Positions 23,617 through 31,641 of a stretch of DNA of 31,763 bases are shown in pieces; positions within the stretch are counted from its first letter, which is position 1, and each line of letters opens with the position of its first letter. The notes beneath the pieces are model-generated. The model made no database searches. It was given only the letters and a program-made list of their open reading frames with translations, and was not told where the DNA came from. Source of the stretch: Patescibacteria group bacterium (GTDB lineage: Bacteria; Patescibacteriota; Patescibacteriia; Magasanikbacterales; GWA2-37-8); NCBI GenBank assembly GCA_004321885.1, contig SCQK01000015.1, positions 1 to 31,763 on the forward strand, read 5' to 3'. Position numbers and translations under genes: made by a program.

Positions 23617-26143
23617 ACAATACCCCTCCCCAGCCCTCCCCTTATTAAGGGAAGGGGGGCCTTTTGACTCCCCCTTATTAAGGGGAAGATTAAGCGGGGG
23701 TAATTACCGCGGCTTGTCTTCGGCCGAAGCGGAAAAATTATTGAAACAGTACGGACTCAATGAGCCGCCCAAGCCCAAAAAGAGAGGCGTCATCGGGCGC
23801 GCGCTGAAAATTATTTCCGAGCCCATGATGCTTTTGATTTTGGCCACGGCCGCGATCTATTATTTTGTCGGCGATTTTATTGAGTCGCTGATCTTTGCCG
23901 GCTCGGTCGTCCCCATCGCCATCATGGAATTTTTACAGCAAAGGCGCACGGACCGGGCCCTGGAAGAATTGGATAAGCTGGCGGTTTCCAGCGCGCAGGT
24001 TTACCGCGACAACAAAATTAAAATTATTGATTCCAAATACATTGTGCCCGGCGATTTGGCGCACCTGACCGCCGGAGACAAAATTCCAGCCGACGGCTGG
24101 TTGCTGGAATCGCCCGGTCTGCTCGTGGATGAGTCGTCGCTCACCGGCGAATCGTTGGCCGCGGCCAAGGGCGCGTCGCTAAAAAAAGAGGCGGACGAAA
24201 ACAAGCTCTGGCAAGGCACCATCGTCACTTCGGGTGAAGGCGACATGGTGATTTCGGCCACCGGGTCCGCCACCGAGTATGGCCGGCTCGGTCTTTTGTT
24301 GGGTCAAATCAAAAAAACCAAAACACCCTTGCAGTTCAAAATCAGCCGTTTTCTAAAAATCGTGGCCATAGGCGGCATCGCGGCGGCCGTTATCGCGGGA
24401 TTGTTTTTGTGGCTCACGCGCGGCTGGGCGGCCGGTGTTTTAGGCGGGCTGACCATCGCCATGTCGCTCATTCCCGAAGAAATCCCCATTGTCTTTAGCG
24501 TGTTCTTGATATTGGGAGTATTGCGCATGTCGCGCCGCAACGCCCTGATTAGGGAAATGGTGCTGGTGGAAACCCTGGGTTCGGTAACTGTTATTTGCAC
24601 GGATAAAACCGGCACCCTCACCGAGGGTCGCATGTCTTTGGAAAAAATTTACAGACCCCCGCACATACAGCTTAAAGAATTTATAGAAGCCATGCTGTTG
24701 GCCCTGGAGCGCGTGGCCGTGGACCCTATTGAAGTAGAAGCGCAAAAATTCGCGCGTGAATCGTCTATTGAACCGCACGCCCTCTACGACGAATGCCGGC
24801 TGGCGCAAGACAAGCCGTTTGATTCCAAAAGCAAATCCGTGCACCATCTGTGGCAGAGAAAAAACGGCGAATTTTGGCAATACAGCGCCGGCGCCCCGGA
24901 ATACATCATTGAACAGAGCGCAATGAGTAAAAAAGACAAAGACAAAGCGAGCGGCGCGTACGTCGAAGCCTCGGAGCGCGGCTACCGGGTAGTGGCCGTG
25001 GCGCGAAAAAAAATGAAGGAAAAAGAAAAAATCAGTACCGGCGGGTATGAGTTTGTGGGCCTGATGCTCATGAGCGACCCGCCGCGGGCCGAAGTGAAAG
25101 AAGCGATTGATATTTGCCAGAAAGCCGGCATCCGCGTGGTGATGATTACCGGCGACAACAAACTGACGGCCCACAGCGTGGCCGACAGTATTGGTTTGAT
25201 TCACGACGAGGAAATCATTGACGGCGCGGAAATAGAAAAAATATCGCCCGAAGCCCTGAAAGAACGGGTGAAGCATTGCCATATTTTCGCGCGCGTCAAG
25301 CCCGAACAAAAACACAATATCGTCAGCGCCCTGCAGGAAGCGGGCGAGGTGGTGGCCATGACCGGCGACGGAGTCAACGACGCGCCGGCGCTGAAAAAAG
25401 CCAGCATCGGCGTGGCCATGGGCGTGCGCGGCACCGAGGCGGCGCGCCAGGCCGCGGGCATGGTTTTGCTGGATGACAATTTTTCCACTATCGTCAAAGC
25501 GGTGCGCGAAGGCCGCAGAATCTTTGACAATATGCGTCAGGCTTTTTTGTTTTTGCTTACTTTTCACATTCCGATTGTCGGTTTGGCGTTCGCCCCGCTT
25601 TTTTTCGGCCAGCCTTTGATATTTTCGCCCATTCACATAATTTTTTTGGAATTTATTTGCGACCCGGTTTCGGTGCTGGGCTTTGAGCGCGAGCCGGCGC
25701 GGCATTCGCTGATGAAAGAAGGGCCGCGGCCCGCAGGCGAACCGATTATTGGGCCATGGCACTGGCTGCTCGCGCTGCTGCGCGGCGGAGCCATCTTTTT
25801 GACGAGCTTTGGCTTTTATTATTATTTCGGCGCCCGCCTGGGCGATTACGAGCTTGGCCGCAGCGCAACGTTTTTCGCTTTGGTTTTATCGCAGTCATTG
25901 CTTTTGCTGTTCACGCGCGAGTGGCATCAATTCAAAACAAACAAAGTAATTTTGGGGCTGGCGCTTGGCACGATACTTTTCATATCAATGATTATCGTCT
26001 TGCCGACCCTGCGCGGCCTATTTTATTTTGTGCCGCTGTCCCTGAAAAATTACGGCTTGATTTTCGGCGTGGTGTCGCTGGCCATGATATTTATCGCCGC
26101 GCTGACCGGGCGAATTAAACGGGTGGCCTATGTACAGCGCTGA
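23600..26143 (+). CDS. P-type cation-transporting ATPase (type II/III, Ca2+/Mg2+-like; not CopA-type).
   Basis: Motifs 'ICTDKTGTLT', 'MITGDN', 'TGDGVNDAPALKKASIGVAMG' and the TM4 motif 'IPEEIP' are present, with no CPC or HMA domain. The first about 35 codons (23618-23700) are B-type palindromic repeats, so the start codon is uncertain. A 'GLSSAEAEKLLKQYGLNEP' segment is the usual N-terminus of this class. Confidence 0.85.
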   Translation: MSKITKQYPSPALPLLREGGPFDSPLLRGRLSGGNYRGLSSAEAEKLLKQYGLNEPPKPKKRGVIGRALKIISEPMMLLILATAAIYYFVGDFIESLIFAGSVVPIAIMEFLQQRRTDRALEELDKLAVSSAQVYRDNKIKIIDSKYIVPGDLAHLTAGDKIPADGWLLESPGLLVDESSLTGESLAAAKGASLKKEADENKLWQGTIVTSGEGDMVISATGSATEYGRLGLLLGQIKKTKTPLQFKISRFLKIVAIGGIAAAVIAGLFLWLTRGWAAGVLGGLTIAMSLIPEEIPIVFSVFLILGVLRMSRRNALIREMVLVETLGSVTVICTDKTGTLTEGRMSLEKIYRPPHIQLKEFIEAMLLALERVAVDPIEVEAQKFARESSIEPHALYDECRLAQDKPFDSKSKSVHHLWQRKNGEFWQYSAGAPEYIIEQSAMSKKDKDKASGAYVEASERGYRVVAVARKKMKEKEKISTGGYEFVGLMLMSDPPRAEVKEAIDICQKAGIRVVMITGDNKLTAHSVADSIGLIHDEEIIDGAEIEKISPEALKERVKHCHIFARVKPEQKHNIVSALQEAGEVVAMTGDGVNDAPALKKASIGVAMGVRGTEAARQAAGMVLLDDNFSTIVKAVREGRRIFDNMRQAFLFLLTFHIPIVGLAFAPLFFGQPLIFSPIHIIFLEFICDPVSVLGFEREPARHSLMKEGPRPAGEPIIGPWHWLLALLRGGAIFLTSFGFYYYFGARLGDYELGRSATFFALVLSQSLLLLFTREWHQFKTNKVILGLALGTILFISMIIVLPTLRGLFYFVPLSLKNYGLIFGVVSLAMIFIAALTGRIKRVAYVQR

Positions 26144-26981
26144 GGTTTTAACCCAGGTGCACAAAAAATTGCAGGATATTTTTCCGGGCGGCCTGGTGCT
26201 GCTCGGCGGCAGTTATCTCTACGGCGAGGCTAGCGAAAAAAGCGACGTGGATTTTTACGCCATTATTTCCTGGCGTGATTTTTTTGAGCGCGGCGAATTT
26301 CTGCACCGCATCAAAGCCCTCAAGCTGGATTATCCCGAGCTGAAAGTCACCTTTATGCCGCGCCTGCTCTTCCGGCGCGGTTGGTACTATGTTTATGGCA
26401 AAGACCTCGGCGGCGCCTTGCATTGCTCAAAGATAAACCGCAAGATTATTTTTAGAAACGCCGTCAAGCTGTCGTATTTTCATTACGTTAATTCTTTGTT
26501 GGCCGAAGAGCCGCGCCAGAAAAAAATCAGCGTGCGCAAATCAGCCCAGCAACTGACCCTGGCCGCCTGGGCCGCGTCGGCGCGTGAAATGAAAAGCCCG
26601 CTTTTTCTGGTCGAGAATTTACAACGGGGGATTGGGGATTTGCCGGCCGAAAAAAAAGAAATTTTAAGCGCTATTATCGGCCATAAGTTAAACGACCAGT
26701 GGTGGCAGGACAAAAATTTATCCGAGCTCGGACGCGCGATTTTTAACTGCATTGTTTTTATTTATAATCTGGAAGGGAAGAAATTTTTGAATTTTTCCAT
26801 CGTGAATTATCTGCTGTACAACGCGCGTTTTTTGGCCAAGGGCAATTACAAATTTTTATTCCGCAATCCGGACAAGTACTTGCTCGGCAAAATTTTCAAC
26901 TGTCTTACCTCGCCGGCTTGCGATATTCGCGAACTGTCGGGCCAATTGCGCGAAGTCATCTTTCCAATATATATTGTGTAA
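26130..26981 (+). CDS. Pol-beta-superfamily nucleotidyltransferase-domain protein (ANT/KNTase-like).
   Basis: The N-terminus carries 'LVLLGGSYLYGEASEKSDVDFYAI' (G[SG]x9-13Dh[DE]), with a helical C-terminal domain. The start overlaps the ATPase stop by 14 nt. Confidence 0.55.
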   Translation: MYSAEVLTQVHKKLQDIFPGGLVLLGGSYLYGEASEKSDVDFYAIISWRDFFERGEFLHRIKALKLDYPELKVTFMPRLLFRRGWYYVYGKDLGGALHCSKINRKIIFRNAVKLSYFHYVNSLLAEEPRQKKISVRKSAQQLTLAAWAASAREMKSPLFLVENLQRGIGDLPAEKKEILSAIIGHKLNDQWWQDKNLSELGRAIFNCIVFIYNLEGKKFLNFSIVNYLLYNARFLAKGNYKFLFRNPDKYLLGKIFNCLTSPACDIRELSGQLREVIFPIYIV

Positions 26982-27024
26982 TTCGCAAAAGTGTGCTACG
27001 CTTTTATTATCAAGCGAAGCGAGA

Positions 27025-27051
27025 GAAATGGTCGCCTGAGGCGACCATTTC
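27025..27051. terminator. Perfect 12-bp-stem hairpin between the nucleotidyltransferase gene and the blaI-like gene.
   Basis: The sequence is gaaatggtcgcc tga ggcgaccatttc. No T-tract follows, so it may be a terminator or a regulatory structure. Confidence 0.3.
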
Positions 27052-27092
27052 CGAGCGAGCGCGGATAAAATACCCCGTAGGGTTTATTTACT

Positions 27093-27476
27093 ATGCGGCC
27101 ATCATCGGGTTTGGGAACACTGGAGCGAAAAATAATGGAAACAATCTGGGACGCCGGCGACTCGGCATCGGTGCGCGCTGTTTTTGATTGCCTGAAAACG
27201 AAAAAAAAGATTTGCTATACCACGGTGATGACTATAATGACCCGCTTGTGCGAAAAAAACATGCTTAGGCGCGCCATGGGCGAAGACGGCGCGTATATTT
27301 ACAGCGCCGCGCAAAGCAAAAAAGATTTTTTGAGATCGGTGTTTAAGCGCACCGTGGGCGCCCTGGTGGGGCAATTCGGCGAGCTGGCCGTGGCCCAGTT
27401 TATAGACGCGGTGGAATCCAGCAACCTGAAAAACTTAAAAGAGTGGCGCGAGAAATTGAAGAAGATTCTGAAATAA
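27093..27476 (+). CDS. BlaI/MecI/CopY-family winged-helix transcriptional repressor.
   Basis: An 'LGTLERKIMETIWDAGDSASVRAVFDCL....YTTVMTIMTRLCEKNMLRR' segment matches the Penicillinase_R fold. The protein is 127 aa. An M56-peptidase gene lies immediately downstream. Confidence 0.8.
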   Translation: MRPSSGLGTLERKIMETIWDAGDSASVRAVFDCLKTKKKICYTTVMTIMTRLCEKNMLRRAMGEDGAYIYSAAQSKKDFLRSVFKRTVGALVGQFGELAVAQFIDAVESSNLKNLKEWREKLKKILK

Positions 27477-27500
27477 ATTCAGAATGACAATGAATATTGA

Positions 27501-28529
27501 ATGAGCGAAAATAATTTTAAGGCAAAAGCGAACGCGCTGTTCGCGTTTATAGTTATCGTCGGCCTGATATTTAGCGCCGCGATGTTTAGGCTGGCGCTAA
27601 AATACATTCCAACGTTTGGCAATTTCCTAACCTCGGCCAGGCATGGGTTGGACGCGCTTTGCGGTTGCGGGGCGCATTTAAGTTTTTCCACCCACCCCTA
27701 TATCTGGAGCGGCCTGCTGGCGGTCGGAATTATTATAAGCGGATTCTTTGTGGCGGCCGGAGCGCGCGGGCTAGGGTATTTTTTTAGAAATAGAAAGTAT
27801 TTAAAATCGCGCCTGGCCCGGGCCGTAAAGCCGGCCGGCAAACTATCGCGCGCGGCGCGCGCCCTGACCCTGGAAGACAAGGTCCGGCTGGCGCCCTCCG
27901 CGGCCGTGGAGGCTTTTTGCTGCGGTTTTTGGCGCCCAAAAATTTACGTTAGCGGCGGCCTGGCCGCGCGGCTGAATCTAACGGAGTTGGTATCCGTATT
28001 ATCGCACGAAAAACAGCACCTGCTGTCGCGCGACCCGCTCAAAATTTTTATTGCTAATCTGGCGCGCAAAATATTTTTCTTTGTGCCCGGATTAAAAAGC
28101 CTGGTCAAGCGATTTTCGCTTTACAGCGAACTGTCGGCCGACGCGCGCGCCACCGCCGGTTTTAAGAATAAAATTTATCTGGCCTCGGCCCTGCTCAAAA
28201 TAATTAAAACAAAAGAAAATTTCGCCTGGCAGACCCCGTTTGAAGCATTGCCCCTGTCCGGGTTTGCCAATCTTACCGGAGAACGCATCAGCCAACTGGC
28301 TGATGGAAAAATTGCGCGACACCGCCTTGCTCCAATCAAATCATTCTTCTTATTTTTCGGCGCCGCAGGAACCCTGATTGTGCTGACGTTTGTCCCGATG
28401 CTGTTGCGCGCCGACTGGCTAGACCGCACTGCCAAAGAGACATGCTCGGCTTTTTCGCATACGCACGAGACCCATGCCGCGTCAAAGTCGTGCGCGCAAT
28501 CATCCCGGTACGTGGCAACGAATCCTTAG
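27501..28529 (+). CDS. BlaR1/MecR1-like M56-family membrane metalloprotease (signal transducer), lacking a C-terminal penicillin-binding sensor domain.
   Basis: The N-terminus has TM helices. The zinc motif 'SHEKQHLLSRD' (HExxHxxxxD) is characteristic of BlaR1/M56. The protein is 342 aa with a C-terminal TM and tail only. Confidence 0.75.
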   Translation: MSENNFKAKANALFAFIVIVGLIFSAAMFRLALKYIPTFGNFLTSARHGLDALCGCGAHLSFSTHPYIWSGLLAVGIIISGFFVAAGARGLGYFFRNRKYLKSRLARAVKPAGKLSRAARALTLEDKVRLAPSAAVEAFCCGFWRPKIYVSGGLAARLNLTELVSVLSHEKQHLLSRDPLKIFIANLARKIFFFVPGLKSLVKRFSLYSELSADARATAGFKNKIYLASALLKIIKTKENFAWQTPFEALPLSGFANLTGERISQLADGKIARHRLAPIKSFFLFFGAAGTLIVLTFVPMLLRADWLDRTAKETCSAFSHTHETHAASKSCAQSSRYVATNP

Positions 28530-28546
28530 CTGTGGATAAGTTTCAC

Positions 28547-28584
28547 TTGACAACTTTTCCTGCCTACTACATAATGTAGTAGGC
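28547..28584 (+). promoter_or_regulatory. Promoter (TTGACA-17-CATAAT) with an overlapping 23-nt perfect palindrome containing TACA-N3-TGTA. This is a candidate BlaI/CopY-type operator controlling the downstream redox cluster.
   Basis: TTGACA is at 28547-28552, CATAAT at 28570-28575, and the palindrome gcctactacaTAAtgtagtaggc at 28562-28584. The BlaI/MecI/CopY operators are TACA/TGTA dyads that overlap the -10. Confidence 0.55.
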
Positions 28585-28596
28585 ATTGAATTTTTA

Positions 28597-29355
28597 ATGT
28601 CATTGCGACTATTATATATGGCAAACTTAAATAGGTTAACGCGGCCGCGCCAATACTTGGCGGTCGTAAATATAATTGCTCTAACGGTTTTTCTTTTTGC
28701 GACGGTCACCAATCAGGTGGTTATCGCCTCCACCAGCAGCGCCCTGGGCGGCACGCGTTATATGGCCAAACTGCTTTCCCTGCTTGGCGGAGGGCTGAAA
28801 CTTTCGGGCGACGCGGCCGCGGACGCGATGAAGTTAGTGCTCTCGGCCGGCGTGCCCGCGGTGTACGGCGCGGAAATGGGTGTGGACTTTGAACATGTCC
28901 AGCCGGCGATAGACAAAATGAAAATCTACGACCCGACCTACGGGGCGCAAAAAATCGTTCTCGCCGGCGATGACCTGAAACGTTATATAGAAATCGCCCT
29001 GAAAATTTCCTGCGAATATTGTTGTGGAGCCAAAAGCATTATCCGCGAAAACGGCGAAGCGGCCTGCGGTTGCGCCCACTCGCAAGCCATGCGCGGGTTG
29101 GCCGCTTACCTGCTCAAAAACCACTCGCAAATGAGCAATGATGAAATTTTGCGCGAACTGGCGCGCTGGAAAGGCATGTATTTTCCCAAACAGATGATGC
29201 AGAAAATGAGCGGGCATCTGCAAAGCGGAAGTTTCACGCCCGATACGGCCGCGCTGATTATGGGAATGAAACTGCCCAAGTATGGCCAAACCAACGGCGC
29301 GGCCCCGCTTCCGTCCGAAATTAAAGACATGCCTGGAATGGTGGGGGGATGCTAA
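28597..29355 (+). CDS. Membrane-anchored Cys-cluster protein (CEYCCGAK...CGCAHS) with a flexible C-terminal linker ending in MPGMVGGC. An alternative start lies at 28618.
   Basis: An N-terminal hydrophobic anchor 'YLAVVNIIALTVFLFATV' is present, with central Cys motifs. The C-terminal octapeptide is shared with the next ORF. It is the first gene after the candidate operator. Confidence 0.5.
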   Translation: MSLRLLYMANLNRLTRPRQYLAVVNIIALTVFLFATVTNQVVIASTSSALGGTRYMAKLLSLLGGGLKLSGDAAADAMKLVLSAGVPAVYGAEMGVDFEHVQPAIDKMKIYDPTYGAQKIVLAGDDLKRYIEIALKISCEYCCGAKSIIRENGEAACGCAHSQAMRGLAAYLLKNHSQMSNDEILRELARWKGMYFPKQMMQKMSGHLQSGSFTPDTAALIMGMKLPKYGQTNGAAPLPSEIKDMPGMVGGC

Positions 29356-29378
29356 ACTCAAAAAAATAATTTTATTCT

Positions 29379-29663
29379 ATGGAAAATTTATCGCCAACGC
29401 CAGCAGGGCAAACGGAACTTCAGCAGATAAAGCAGGAAATTTTAAGCGAGCTCGGCGCCAAGCCCAAAGCCGGACCGCTCAACTGGGGCAGTCTGCTGGT
29501 AACGATTATTCTGCTCGCGCTGACGGCGCTGTCCATCGTGCAGGTGGCGCAGTCGTACACAATCATGAACAAGGTGCGCGCGGGCGGAGGCACAGTCGCG
29601 CCAGCGGCGGCCGGGGGTTCCAGCGCCAACAGCGCCATGCCCGACATGGTGGGCGGATGTTAA
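29379..29663 (+). CDS. Small single-TM protein (94 aa) with a Gly/Ala/Ser linker and a C-terminal MPDMVGGC tail.
   Basis: A TM 'LLVTIILLALTALSIV' is preceded by a Lys-rich segment, suggesting N-in/C-out topology. The tail is 'AGGGTVAPAAAGGSSANSAMPDMVGGC*'. At the DNA level it ends catgcccgacatggtgggcggatgttaa, and the previous gene ends catgcctggaatggtggggggatgctaa. Confidence 0.5.
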   Translation: MENLSPTPAGQTELQQIKQEILSELGAKPKAGPLNWGSLLVTIILLALTALSIVQVAQSYTIMNKVRAGGGTVAPAAAGGSSANSAMPDMVGGC

Positions 29664-29672
29664 TTACGGTAT

Positions 29673-30485
29673 ATGCAAATTGAATTTAAGCTCGGGACGC
29701 AAAAATTTTTAATCGCGGCCGTTTTAATGGCAACAAGCCTGGCGGTCGGCATTTTCGTGTCCGCGCGCGCCAATTCTGCTCTGAAAGTCAACATTGCGGC
29801 CAGAACCGAAGCCGCGCGTCCGGCCAAATTAAGTGTAATCGCAGTGGTGGACTATGACTGTAAAGAATGCTCGCAAGCGGATGATTATTGGAAAACGCTT
29901 TCAGCGCTGAATATGGACAGCAACGGCTATAAAACTATTTCCGCCGACATTGACGAGGGCAAAAATTTAATCGCCAAATACAACATTACCAAACTCCCGT
30001 CAGTGATTGTTAGCGGCGAAACCAGCAAAAACGAGGATGTTAAAACTTTTCTGCAAAAAAATGGCGTAACAGCCGGCGACGCCATCGTTCTAAAAACCCG
30101 CGCTCCGTATCAGGAAATAAAAACCGGCGCCGTGCGCGGAATCACACAACTTGCGGAAATAGGGGACAGCCGCTGTAAAAATTGCTACAGCCCCGCGGAG
30201 CATGAAAAGATATTAAAAGGCATGGGAATTTATTTTGGCGAACCGCAAAAGTTGGACTATTGGAGCGGCGCCGGAAAAAATTTAGCCGTCAAATACAAGA
30301 TGAAACAAATTCCCACGATAGTTTTAACCGGCGATCTGGCGGCCTACGACGGCTTTGCCAATATTTGGAAGCAGGTCGGCACTGTGGAAAAAGACGGGGC
30401 TCATATTTTTAGAAACGGCGTCGCCAGCATGGGCGTTTACCGGGATTTGCAAACCGACAAAATCGTTGAGCCGCCCAAGCAATAG
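29673..30485 (+). CDS. Exported tandem thioredoxin-like protein with two CxxC motifs.
   Basis: A signal-anchor 'FLIAAVLMATSLAVGIFV' is present, followed by 'VVDYDCKECSQ' and 'GDSRCKNCYSP' about 100 aa apart, each in Trx/DsbA-like context. Confidence 0.55.
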   Translation: MQIEFKLGTQKFLIAAVLMATSLAVGIFVSARANSALKVNIAARTEAARPAKLSVIAVVDYDCKECSQADDYWKTLSALNMDSNGYKTISADIDEGKNLIAKYNITKLPSVIVSGETSKNEDVKTFLQKNGVTAGDAIVLKTRAPYQEIKTGAVRGITQLAEIGDSRCKNCYSPAEHEKILKGMGIYFGEPQKLDYWSGAGKNLAVKYKMKQIPTIVLTGDLAAYDGFANIWKQVGTVEKDGAHIFRNGVASMGVYRDLQTDKIVEPPKQ

Positions 30486-30486
30486 T

Positions 30487-30918
30487 ATGAATAAAATGCT
30501 AATAGCGATCGGGGCGGTTTTACTGATAGGGCTATCTATTTTTGGCTACTTGAAGGCCGTGCCCAAGCCGGCCAGCGACAACGCGCCGCGGCCCCGGGCA
30601 AAAATAGAAAATCCGGCTTTTGATTTTGGCGAAATCGTTTTTGGCGTGATGGCCACGCACACGTTCAAGCTCTTTAATAATGGCAACGCGCCTTTGGAAA
30701 TAAAGCGGGTGGCCACTTCCTGCTCGTGCACCACGGCCGAGGTGAGCAAAAAAATGATTGAGCCCGGGCAGTCGGCTGAAATAAGCGTGCGCTACGACAC
30801 CAAAGCCATGGGTTCTGGCCCGCATGGCGTCGGATTGCAAGAACGCATTATCTATATAAAGACCAATGACCCCGCAAACCCGCAGGTGGAAGCCAATATT
30901 TCCGCTTTTGTGAAGTAA
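30487..30918 (+). CDS. DUF1573-family protein. The start is at the ATG at 30487; the longer track ORF from 30355 overlaps the preceding gene.
   Basis: An N-terminal TM is present. An 'FDFGEI..G....HTFKLFNNGNAPLEIKRVATSCSCTTAEV....PGQSAEISVRYD' segment matches the DUF1573 consensus (F.F.N.G..L.I..V..SCGCT...PG). Confidence 0.6.
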   Translation: MNKMLIAIGAVLLIGLSIFGYLKAVPKPASDNAPRPRAKIENPAFDFGEIVFGVMATHTFKLFNNGNAPLEIKRVATSCSCTTAEVSKKMIEPGQSAEISVRYDTKAMGSGPHGVGLQERIIYIKTNDPANPQVEANISAFVK

Positions 30919-30921
30919 CTA

Positions 30922-31641
30922 TTGCCGATAATTATGTTCCTCCTCACTGCCATCAACGCCTCAAACCCCAAAATAATGCTGCCGCTCGTGGCCGGCACCG
31001 GATTTTTAGATGGCATCCATCCCTGCGCCATTGCCATTCTGATTTTTTTTATCGCCTTTCTCATCTCCATGCAAAAGGCGTTCAAAAATATCCTGGTAAT
31101 GGGCCTGGTGTATGTGGGCGTGATATTTTTAACCTACCTGGCCGTGGGCGTGGGCCTGCTTTCAGGCATAATGTTTTTCGGCCAGCATCATTTTTTCGCC
31201 AAGGTCGGTTCTTATCTTCTCATTTTGCTGGGTGTTTTGTCTTTGCGTGACGGTTTTTTGCCCCGCTTTCGCTTAGGATTAAAGATGCCGAAATTTTCCA
31301 ATGACAAAATTCGCGCCCTGCTGGAAAAGGCCACGCTCCCGACTGTGGCCGGCGCCGCCTTTCTGGTGGGCCTCTGCTCCATTCCCTGCTCGGGCGGCAT
31401 TTACGCGGCCATCACGTCTCTGCTCGCTTCGCAGACTACTTTCTTCACCGGTTTTTTGTATCTCATTTTGTATAATTTGATGTTTATCGCGCCGCTCGTT
31501 ATACTGCTCCTCGTGGCGGCCAATCCTTTTACGCTTGTAAAATTGGGCGAATGGCAGCAACGCAACCGGCGGCAGCAGCTGATTATTATGGGCATCGCCA
31601 TGCTGGCGCTCGGTATTTTATTTTTAATATTTATAGTATAA
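30922..31641 (+). CDS. CcdA/DsbD-family transmembrane thiol-disulfide electron transporter.
   Basis: The protein is a multi-TM with one Cys in TM1 (GIHPCAIAILIFF) and a Cys pair in a later TM (LCSIPCSGGIYAAI), as in DsbD_2/CcdA proteins. It is the terminal gene of the Trx-like cluster. Confidence 0.55.
   Translation: MPIIMFLLTAINASNPKIMLPLVAGTGFLDGIHPCAIAILIFFIAFLISMQKAFKNILVMGLVYVGVIFLTYLAVGVGLLSGIMFFGQHHFFAKVGSYLLILLGVLSLRDGFLPRFRLGLKMPKFSNDKIRALLEKATLPTVAGAAFLVGLCSIPCSGGIYAAITSLLASQTTFFTGFLYLILYNLMFIAPLVILLLVAANPFTLVKLGEWQQRNRRQQLIIMGIAMLALGILFLIFIV

Noticed and set aside
1756-23700. Could the recurring GC-rich repeats be a CRISPR array?
   Set aside because: They are not CRISPR. The repeats are individually palindromic, heterogeneous in sequence and length, and irregularly dispersed (often inside genes) rather than evenly spaced with unique spacers. 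No cas genes are present.
30355-30486. N-terminal 44-codon extension of the DUF1573 ORF as listed in the ORF track
   Set aside because: It overlaps the last 130 nt of the thioredoxin-like gene. The ATG at 30487 directly follows that gene's stop and opens with a signal or TM segment (MNKMLIAIGAVLL), which is the more plausible start.
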